Of a stretch of 64,000 nt of DNA, positions 54,001 through 64,000 are shown one piece after another (the stretch's first letter is position 1; the number at the start of each line of letters is the position of its first letter). The stretch spans positions 11,146,795 to 11,210,794 of the forward strand of contig NC_092670.1 of the NCBI RefSeq assembly GCF_964355755.1. Reading direction: 5' to 3'. The notes under the pieces are model-generated. The model made no database searches and was not told where the DNA came from. It saw only the letters and a program-made list of their open reading frames with translations. This DNA comes from Antedon mediterranea (taxonomy: Eukaryota; Animalia; Echinodermata). The position numbers and the translations under genes were made by a program.

Positions 54001-55106
54001 GATTTCCTACGCAATTGTTAAAACTATTAGCCGACGTCGGCGCAACGTGAAAATATGACTATTATTGCGTCGACATTTGCTAACGTCGAAACAAGGACTA
54101 CAGCGACGTTAAATCAACAGGAATTTGCTGACTTAGAAAATTGTATGTATTTCCAACGTTTCGACGACGTTTGAATTTTGACAACTTTTAGCCAACGTTG
54201 GCGCAACGTGCCCACGATATTTCAACGTTTAAATGACGTTGGATCAACAACTTGTATGACGTTAGAAGACATGTACCTATTTTGTGTTAAAATTCTAACG
54301 TCGGGTCGACGTTAGAATTCCTACTCAATTGTTTACAACTATTAGTCGATGTCGGTGCAACGTAAGACAAATGACTATATTGTCGACATGTTCTAACGTT
54401 AAATCAACGACTAATGGCGACGTTGAACCAACGGAAATTTTCCGACTTGACAAGTTGTAATATATTGTCAATTTGCCAACGTTTGAAATTTGACAACTTT
54501 TTACAACTTTTAGCCAACATTGGTACAACATGCCCACAATATTGTCGACGTTGGACTGACGTTGGATCAACAACTTGTATGACGTTAGACATGCACCTAT
54601 TTTGTGTTAAAATTCCAACGTCCTACACAATTGTTACAACTATTAGTCGATGTCGGCGCAACGTAAGAAACTGACTAGGCAGCATCGACATTTGATAACG
54701 TTGAGCCAACAACTAATAGCGACGTTAAATCAACGGAAATTTGCCGACTTAAAAAGTTGTAATACAATGTCAAATTGCCAAATTGGACAAATTTTTACAA
54801 CTCTTAACCAACGTTGGTACGACGTGTCAAAAACAACTCTAATATGTTGACGTTTGTAGACGTTGTGCCAACCAATGATAACAACGTCAAACAGACGTTG
54901 GATTTATGTTATCCCAAGGCACGTTTGTCGGCACATTTTTCAACGGAAATACGACGTCGGCAAGACGTTAGACTAACAACCATTAAATTCACGACTTATA
55001 GTAAACGTTGTCATAACGTTGTAACAACGTCGGTAATTTGCCCGCGACTTTGTCGACGTCTGCCAACGCTTGCCGACGTCGATCCAACGTCAAATTGTTA
55101 GCTGGG
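51094..55106. mobile_element. About 4-kb non-autonomous DNA transposon with CCCAGCTA termini and subterminal arrays (CMC/EnSpm-like)
   Basis: Ends cccagctagcaa / ttgttagctggg. Left arm has a unit of about 129 bp (gacgtaggcccgacgta near 51167, 51297, 51426, 51555). Right arm has 320-370 bp units (gacgttggatcaacaacttg near 53863, 54235, 54558). Both are rich in aacgtt. AT-rich non-coding core; no clear TSD. Confidence 0.75.
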
Positions 55107-56038
55107 AGGATTCAGGTCATTAATCACCTGCTTAGTTGATTTATCTGATAAGGATTTTGACCAAAAAGATGTACACCTAATGGCTCTTTATTACATTTGA
55201 GGGTGACGAGTATTTCACATTTGTGGTTGTTTTCACATTTGTTGGTGATGTGTTTTCAATTTAATTTTAAGCTACTACACCATATAATTGCCTGGCATAT
55301 ATATTTTTTAATGGACCCCTCTCTACTCTAGTCTAGGTCTACTATGGCGGTGTAGTAGAAGACAGCCCGGCGGTCATAACTCATTCGTTGTGTGGCCAAT
55401 TTGATCAGGGTTGTTTGTGCTAAAACTTAGCTCTATATTTCAATTTAAGGAATTAGAACTCAAAAGGTACACTGAAGATTCTCAAATGGAATTATGGCAG
55501 AATTCAGGATGGACGTGTCCCCCAAAACAAGAAGTTAACAGCAAACTAAAGAATAATGTCCGTAAGAACTACAATTCAAAAAGAAAAGATAGCTCTACCA
55601 AATTGTCCAGCTCAGGAATAACAGTTTTGGTTTAAAAAATGAATTTTATCAAGAGCACTATGTTTTGGAAAATATGGTATAATATATACCGGACGTATTT
55701 TATACCGTATTTTTATACTGTATCTTGAGTCAATTGCAGCAGAAGGCCCTGACAGCAGATGGTGTGAAAATTCAAAAAGGGTGTTTTTGTTTCGATTGCG
55801 TGTTCACCTAATGACAAATGAAGAACAAATGTTGTATATAGTATTAAATCAAGTTGGCAAATGTCCACTGGTTAGTGTTATCCTATTTTATAGAAAAATG
55901 AAATTTGGAATATATTTAGTTTAACAATCTGATTCCAAAAGATACTTACTTACAACGTATTAAAGCCAAAATTTGACCTTACAGTATGTAGAACATATTA
56001 ACTCAAAAACCTACTCCATAAAAATGCTAAACACTTAA

Positions 56039-56650
56039 AGACCCCTTCCCTGCAATTTTGGACGTTTTTTGGAAAATAATACATATCACTTTAAAAACAT
56101 TAAACCATGTCATTCCTTGTCTTAAATGTACGTTTTATGGTAAATTATGATAAAAAGTGAGAAACAATGCACTACCTAAGTACAGTAGCTCGCGGCGATC
56201 GACCTCTCGTGGACGGTCTTAGGCCTAGCCTAGCTAGGCTTAGTTTTGTAGGCCTAGCTGGTAAACATCGGTAACGTACGAACATCGTACGCTAGCTATA
56301 TACCTAGCCTGACGTTGTATAGTTGCTGCATTAATTGTCTTTCTATTTTTGCCAGACTCCGTTGATACAAATTGGGGAAAACCCGGTATTTTCACTGAAA
56401 AGTTAGGAGTCTTCCATTTGTTTTGGCCTCACGATCGATCGAAAAGTGGGCGAATTACAGGTGAAAAACAAAAATATCAATCCGCGCGCAATGCATTTTG
56501 GGATTTATAGCGGGCCGCTATAATTATTAGAATCGACTTATTTTTGACATTTTTAACCGTTTAAAGACGAAAAAAGTTATCGCAATAGGACCATATAGTA
56601 TTATTTTTACATTAAATATAGTTTATCTAAAAAACGTAGGGAAGGGGGCT
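56039..56650. mobile_element. MITE with TTAA TSD (Kolobok-like)
   Basis: ttaa|agaccccttccct ... agggaagggggct|ttaa. Confidence 0.75.
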
Positions 56651-56869
56651 TTAATACCTTCTGTTGGAATCACTTCTAAATTCCATACATAAGCCCCAAG
56701 CCTGCCACCAAATATTGTATTTCTCCAGATTTCACAGGCTGACAATGACATATTTCTTTAAATAGTTGAAAGATTCAACCTTATTCTCCCACTAAAGTAA
56801 GGATGACTCTTCCACATTTTTCATTCAAACCCACCCAATATACTGCGTAGTTCATGTCACTAAGAATAA

Positions 56870-57796
56870 CGCCAGTATTCTTAAACCGGACTTTAGTCGT
56901 AGTTCGAGCTAAAACTAAAAAAATTACGTCATTTTAATTCATAAACCGAACTTCAACTAAATCACCGACTAAATCAGGCCAACCTCGACTAAATCGAGAC
57001 GGATTTTGATCGATTTTTTTAGTCCTGGAGGCGGCAGACTAAATGGTCGACTAAATGGTTTTTAAACGATGTTTATAAAAAACGTAACAGTCATTGAGTT
57101 GTTATATTGGCCAGATATTGAAGAATGAAATATCTATATTTATATTAGCTTAATTAAATATACATTGGTATAAATTATAATAATGAAAATCATCTTTATT
57201 TACAACTGTATACAAATTACATTATTTTCTTCGCGCAAGTCCGACTTGAGCTACGTCACGCCATAGCGACAATGGGAGATGCGGCAATTCACCACGCGAT
57301 GGAATGTTTAGGGGGCCTAGCGCTTTCTTGTCACGCTATGAAGTGCGTGGTTCGTGGCGATCATACTTTGTTGGGGGCCTAGAAAATATAAAAGTTACCG
57401 TACCGCCATGGTTCCTAAATATATTTTTAAGATTTTATTTATTGTTAATCAAATATACTTCACTGTTAAATTAATACTGATATTGTTCTAATAATTAACG
57501 ATTAAAATTATTTTTCATGTATATAGTCCTGATGCGTAAAAAGTGTTGTAAGAAATGGAAAGTGATATCAATGCGCAAAATTTCGTCTGCTCCTCAAATA
57601 CTCTCTTGTCATTGGCCAATGTATAGCCTTTGTTACCCAGACGTGTGCAACTCGACTAAAAGCTCGACTTCATTAAGTCGAACTGCAAACTTCGACTACT
57701 TCGTTTTTGAATCGAATTTGAAGTAATAGCTCGAACTACGACTTTTCCAAGTCGAACTTCGAACTACGACTAAAGTCCGGTTTAAGAATACGGGCG
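56870..57796. mobile_element. PIF/Harbinger-like MITE
   Basis: TIR cgccagtattcttaaaccggactttagtcgtagttcga / tcgaactacgactaaagtccggtttaagaatacgggcg, with TAA on both flanks. Confidence 0.85.
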
Positions 57797-58639
57797 TAAG
57801 ACTATTGAAGTGCTGCTTGAATGTTATAACAAAAAACTACTGTAGTTGATCTGTCAGAATAATTTGGAATGAGGTATTTATTTTGTTTTGATAATTTGAA
57901 TTTTTACTGTTCAAGGTTTACCTTGCATTTATTTCCAGAAATTATTTAAAAATAATAACATTATGTTAATATTATATTTGAAAAGCATTGATAACTATGA
58001 GAAGACTAGTGATTGGAAGTGTTTCTCTACTGATGGTCTGCATCTCTAAGTCACATCATGAAGAAGAATGTACTTCAGAAAACAAACTTAAGTAGAACAA
58101 AACAAAATGAATCCGCCATATAAAACAAAACAAAGTAGATATCAAAGTAGGGGGTCATTTATTTACTCCAAAAATATACAATATTATTTTCTCTATGATG
58201 TTTATCATAAAACTATAATTAGTCAAAGTTTTGGACAATAACCGGCTACAGAGCTTCATCAAAGCATGTTGTAAATAGTTTATTATGATTGAATGCAAGC
58301 GAGTTTTTAAATTCTCTGGTTTTTGCTAAATGATAATGTTTTCTGTTTGTAATTGATGATTTCTTTGAATGTTCTGCTTCTTAAATTTTGCTTTAACTTT
58401 ATGTGTCCTTAGACCAGGATAAAATAAAATAAACTGTTTATAGAGGAACTCCACAACATTAATGTCAATCAAGCTAGCTTATCATTCAAAGTGCGTACTT
58501 ATTTCTGTGTTATTTAACGTTGAAATGTATAATGTACACTGGATCATATGGACAAGTAACTGGAGACTATAGAACTCTTTCACGTTAAATCAAGCTTATC
58601 ATTCTGTCTTGAATGTTAACAAAAGGAAAATTAAGTGTT

Positions 58640-58987
58640 TTTAATCTTCTTCACGAATCAATTAGCTACACACATTATTTAAAACACTTTTTAAAAATCC
58701 AATATAAAAGCCAAACAAAGTGTTTCATCTCATTCACGAATCAATCAGTTAAAACAAATTATAACAAAATATCCAAACAAACTTACACGACATTCAAATA
58801 TCGTTCTGCATAATGCAATTTGTAATATTTAAATTAGGCCTACATGAGAAAACAGATTATAAACTTTGTACTAGTTTGGCTAGAAAGCATCTGGGATTTT
58901 AATCCCCACAACCAATCTTTATAAGAGAGAGACCAGAGACAATTTGTGTATCATTTAGCTGAGGTGTAGAGAACATTCAGTTGTACA
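58640..58987 (+). promoter_or_regulatory. Putative promoter and non-coding first exon of FReD-4
   Basis: Two ttcacgaatcaat motifs, ttataa near 58920, ...gctgaggtgt... and donor GTAAGT at 58988. Confidence 0.5.
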
Positions 58988-59254
58988 GTAAGTATCACAT
59001 TTCTGTTGCCAATTTTTTATAACTTGTGTTCAGTTTAAACTTATAGATATTATAGTCTACTACTATAATATCTATGGTTAAAACCAGCACATCTATTCTA
59101 TTCCGATTATTTAAGCAGGGTGGTACAATCAGTCTTTAAAAAGACACCTGACTCTGATAGACAATTATATACAGTGGTATGATGCCTGAAAACATTATCT
59201 TTTTTATTTTTTAATCTTGTAGTATATGATGCATATAGGATAGAGTAGAGCGAC

Positions 59255-59795
59255 TGTTAGCCTAGTGACTTGGTGATTCTATAGGCTAGTGACTACATAG
59301 GTTAGTAACTCCATAGGCTAATGATATTGACTAGCGACTACATACGCTAAAAATGACTTCATTCTGACTACATACAGTATGACTACATAATGATGGCTAA
59401 GTAAACTCCATAGTAGGCATAGTGACTGACCCCAAAGGCTAGTTACTTCATAGACTAGTGACTACAAAGGGTTAAATGACTTCATTATGACTACATAATG
59501 ATGGCTAGTTACTCGTTAGACTAGTGACTACATAGGGTTAAATGACTTCCTTATGACTACATAATGATGGCTAGTTACTCGTTAGACTAGTGACTACATA
59601 GGGTTAAATGACTCCATTATGACCACATAATGATGGCTAGTTACTCGTTAGACTAGTGACTACATAGGGTTAAATTACTTCCTTATGACTACATAATGAT
59701 GGCTAGTTACTCGTTAGACTATGACTACATAGGGTTAAATGACTTCCTTATGACTACATAATGATGGTGACTCCATAGGCTAGTTACTCTATTAT
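59255..59795. repeat. 66-bp higher-order minisatellite built from gactacata subunits
   Basis: gactacataatgatgg at about 59489, 59555, 59621, 59687 and 59752, with degenerate subunits upstream. Confidence 0.9.
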
Positions 59796-59958
59796 ATATA
59801 TGTGACTCCAAGTGGCTAGAACTTGGCGATTTCTAATACACTGCAAGGTGGTTAGGTGAAAATACTACTCTCTTGATACCTGTCCTTTGAATGAATACTT
59901 TTCTAATAGTTAAATGAAAATAACCTGTTGAGTGAGCTTTCAAGAAGTGTAACATAAA

Positions 59959-62900
59959 ATGGATTCCAGAGCATTCATGATTTGCTGTATGTTAGCTGTA
60001 CTGGCTACATGTCACTCATGTCAGGATGATGTATGTCTCCCTATTCCTCCAAGTAAGTAGAATATTTAAATCAAAAATAGGAGACGAAAAATATGATATT
60101 TAAAATAAGGTAAATTTATAAGGATAGTGCTTCTACACATTGACAAGACTACGTTGCTTCTTAAGCTTGGTTCCCACTAGAACGTAACGCAAGGACGTAA
60201 ACGCAACACAAGCGTTTTAACCAATGACAAGCGAAGTTTATAGACAGTTAGCAATCAAAAGCGAATAAGCCATCGCTTGTGATTGGTCAATTCACTTGCG
60301 TTGCGTTACGTCCTTGCGTTGCGTCGCTATTGGGGAACCACGCATTAAGTGACAACAACTAAAGTTTTCAGAAACTGTTCAAAAGAATTTGATGATTCTT
60401 TTGCAATTTAGGATTAAAAGCTATTTGTAAAAAACGAAAGTATAAAGAAACACATATATGAGATTTCAAATGGAAAAAACTTGGAATTGAATTGGATCAC
60501 AAAAAAAATTTACCTTATTTTAAAAATCTATGTAGTTACAGTTGAAATTGAACTATTGTATTTTCAAAACAAAAAGTATTGACAAAAGAAATTATTTATA
60601 GGTGTTTTTGAACCACCATAGAATAATTTCAAATAAAAGACAAAAATAATAAATAATTAAAAGTAAAAATGTTTAAACGGATGATTTTGTATTCTTCATT
60701 TCAATTTTATATATCAGTGATTGTATAACAAGATGAACTTTGTAATTTTAGAGTGTTTTATGAGGGACTGTGGTGACATTTTACGATATAATCCTTCTGC
60801 TGATAGTGGTGAATATGTTATACAGCCAGGAGATGGAGGATCACAGTTTACTGTGTACTGTGACATGAGGAAAGATGGAGGTTGGACAGTAAGTATAGGC
60901 ATCTTTCAAATATATCAGAAAATGTAAATCCAAAAGCCTTGCCACAGCTTCCTAATTAGTTACTAAAACAATATTACACAACAAGAATGCATGCATCATC
61001 ACAATTACTGCCAGAGATAAATATGGACAGAAAACCCTGAATAGAGAACGATGGCGTAATTTGGGAGAAAAGGCTTGCCCAGCAGTAGGAGGTTACAGGC
61101 TGACAATGATTGTAAAATAAGTATAATCAAATTGTAGAAAAAAATTTAAAAAAAATTAAATTGTAAATATATTGACATACCTTAATCGTAATATTACTGG
61201 TCAGGTTCTTAATTTATTTATTTATATTTACGCCAGTGATGGTCTTGCCATCACTGTTTTAGTAAGACTGTAGAGTATAGATTACTATCATTTCATTATC
61301 AGGTGATACAGAGAAGACAAGATGGATCAGTTGATTTCTACCGTAATTGGTTGCAATACAAAGAGGGTTTTGGAAACGTGAACACCGAGTTCTGGCTTGG
61401 TAATGAACAGATCAACCGTATAACATCTGATGGCAGTTTTGAGCTTCTAATAGAGATGACTGACCACTTGGATGACATGAAGTTTGCAAGATATTCTCAC
61501 TTTCGTATTGATACTGAGGACTCTAACTATGCTGTGAAAATCAGTGGGTACACAGGAACGGCAGGTTAGTACATTCAATCAATTTGTACACTAAAAAACA
61601 CATTTCAAGTAAACAAAGAATTAAAAGTATTACTTTTCTTTATAGGCCTCACCTTTGTACCTTGCATTAAAAATATACACTGTGCACTTTTGTTGTTGTT
61701 GCATTTATCATTTTTAGAGTATTAAAAACTGAATTTTCAAACCAATTATGACTACCTAATAATTGAGTTAAACTAGATGGTACGCTCGCTCGAAAACCAC
61801 CTCTATTCGGGGCAAATCATAAATCGTCAAAAAATAGTAAATTATCTAACTCAACTTAATTAGTAGGCCTAATGGTTTTCAATCGTTTCTTGAGCCAAAT
61901 TCATACTTTAAGTCGGTTCCTACCCTACCCACCAAAGTTGTTCTGCGTTTAGGGCATGTGATGCACCGTAGGCCTATCCTCTACTGTTACAACGTTACTC
62001 ATGCCAGTGAGGAAAGGGTGATGATGTGGGTGGTTTAACTGCAATAATAAAGATTTATACATAACATACAGCTGAAAACGCTAGCTCATTCCATTTAAAA
62101 ACAATCTATATCCAACCTCTGCAGCACATATTGCCTTTACGACGCCTGAGGGAATAGACACTTGTGGAACAGAGATTGGAATGTTCTATTCATCACAAAA
62201 CAATACATTTGTATAAACGTATATTAAATCTATCAAAATAGTATTTTTTAAAGAAAATCGGCCTGTCCTCAACATTATGATGCTGTACTCGAGCTGTTTT
62301 CAGCCATTAAAAACAATTATTGTAGCAGAAGATAGGAAAATGCGAAGCATCCTCGTAATATTGTCTGCGGGTATTTTTCAAGAGGGACATCCATTAGACA
62401 GTGTATACCACGATCAAAAAACACCCCTATTTGGGGCAAATCGTTGAACCTAAATTTGTTTTAATTGTCAATAACTAATTATCGAACTCAATTTAATTAG
62501 TAAACAGGGTTACATCAGGTGGTTAAAATTATTTTAAATGTTGTAGTTACTAAACCACTTCGGAAATTAGTTTTTGCTTCCATTGTTGTTTTTGAAAATC
62601 AGTACATTTGTATTGAAAGTACATTTCAGTGAAAATAAAAAAATAATATTAATGTTTTATTAATGTTAATTTTATCATATTTTCATTTCAGTGGTATTTT
62701 ATGTTGTATGTAATATGAATTAATATGGTTCATGTTAAAAGAAAAACAAGTAAAATAATAAGCAAACATTGAATGAGCAACAAATTATAATTATAATATA
62801 GTAAAATAAATAAACCATATTGTATAATTTATAGAATAAAAAAAGACAAGAACACTATTTTTTTGAAAAAAAAAAAAAGTTTTTTGATTTTAAACAAATA

Positions 62901-63302
62901 AAAAATCCCCTAAAACAGGATGTGAATCTCAAAAAACATAAATTAATCATTTTACATAGCATATATTAATATTTTCCATGTTTAAATAAAACAATTGTAT
63001 TAAAAAAACTGCATGTATGCAGTAAACTAAAGATGATATGTTTTGTTTGTTTAGGTGATTCTTTGGCATCACGCCACAATGGTCAACAATTTACAACCAA
63101 AGACAGAGACAATGATAAGTACGGTGGTAACTGTGCTGAGTCATTCAAAGGTGCTTGGTGGTACGATAGCTGTTATGCTTCAAACCTGAATGGGCTTTAC
63201 CTTACACCAGGTACAGATGATAGGACAAGCACCAACTGGTGGCTTTTCCATAATAACAAAAGTCTCAAGAAGACAGTGATGATGGTTAAAAGAGCACCAT
63301 AA
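59959..63302 (+). CDS. Secreted single fibrinogen-domain protein FReD-4, intact
   Basis: Exons 59959-60052 ([18 protein letters not shown]), 60752-60888, 61303-61564, 63055-63302; phases 1-0-1. Confidence 0.93.
60164..60345. mobile_element. Palindromic Harbinger-like MITE; degenerate copy at about 32770..32892
   Basis: gcttggttcccactag..aacgcaaggacgtaa ... ttacgtccttgcgtt..ggggaaccacgc, flanked by taa/tta. Confidence 0.75.
61011..61110 (+). mobile_element. RTE-type LINE 3' remnant in FReD-4 intron 2
   Basis: aatagagaacgatggcgtaatttgggagaa = [10 protein letters not shown], followed by gcccagcagt..., typical of RTE ends. Confidence 0.55.
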
Positions 63303-63430
63303 GATAGTTGTCATGATTCAAACATGAATGGCTTTACCTACACCAGATACAGTTGATTACAATGGCATCAACTTGTATACTTTTGATAGAGGCCTTAAGA
63401 CAACAGTGATGATGGTTAAGAGAGCAGCAC
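63303..63430 (+). pseudogene. Degenerate tandem copy of the FReD exon-4 3' half directly after the FReD-4 stop
   Basis: gatagttgtcatgattcaaacatgaatggc...ggcatcaact...tttgatagaggccttaagacaacagtgatgatggttaagagagca; contains small deletions. Confidence 0.85.
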
Positions 63431-64000
63431 AAAATAATCAGAATCTGTAATTATTGAATAATTTGACTTATGAATAATATATAGGAATAACGAAGATTCC
63501 TCTTTTGTTTCTTTTAGCTATTGTCCATTTGGAATTATCATTAAATAATTGTATTGTTAAATAACAGCTCGTTATCTAATCCAAATGTTACAGAATTAAT
63601 AATCGAATATATTGTCATATCACTTGTGATTTGTTTAAACATTATTAGTATTTTAATTTATATAATAATATAAATATTATGTAAACTTTCATTAGGCATA
63701 CAAAGATTAATAAAAGTTATTTTTTTAAATTTTATTATTATTTGAATTTATGCTATAACTACATATATAATAGTAACATTAATATTAATTGTTTTTAATT
63801 ACAAAATAACATTAAATTGATATTCAATCAGTGTATCATTTCATTACTGATAAATTAGTAGTTTGTAAATCTAACTTTAGGAGTATGATTTTTAGTCTAT
63901 ATTGAATCTTGTTTTAAAGTTATTAAAAATGAAATAAAAACATATAATGAATGTGTATGTATTTTTTAATGTAAAGATGGCTTTTTTAAAGATATTAACA

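Noticed and set aside
54325-55101. Cluster of ORFs as a possible transposase
   Set aside because: They arise from subterminal repeats; no transposase motifs seen.

Overview
AT-rich, intron-rich animal genomic DNA, probably from a marine invertebrate (inferred from the Deu/Nin SINEs, HINE-like elements and single-domain fibrinogen-related genes; taxon not determined). Main content: (1) the 3' part of a divergent dynein heavy chain, most like DNHD1, on the minus strand (about 35 exons read by eye, 33164 down to the stop at 10744), whose upstream exons are not in the window. (2) A plus-strand tandem cluster of secreted single fibrinogen-domain (FReD) genes at 34.2-63.4 kb: three intact, one pseudogene and three orphan C-terminal fragments. 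It apparently lies antisense inside a >30 kb dynein intron. (3) A minus-strand PAN/Apple exon plus FReD exon near the left edge, interrupted by LINEs; one LINE has an open APE endonuclease ORF led by a hydrophobic leader and a 2A-like StopGo motif (GDVESNPGP) that the ORF track misses. (4) Many non-autonomous transposons, SINEs, a 5S rRNA-derived copy and minisatellites. No clearly new system is proven. The best leads are the FReD cluster with its conserved exon 3, variable exon 4 and spare C-terminal cassettes, and the 2A-bearing LINE. Exon boundaries were read manually and family assignments come from recalled motifs, not database searches.
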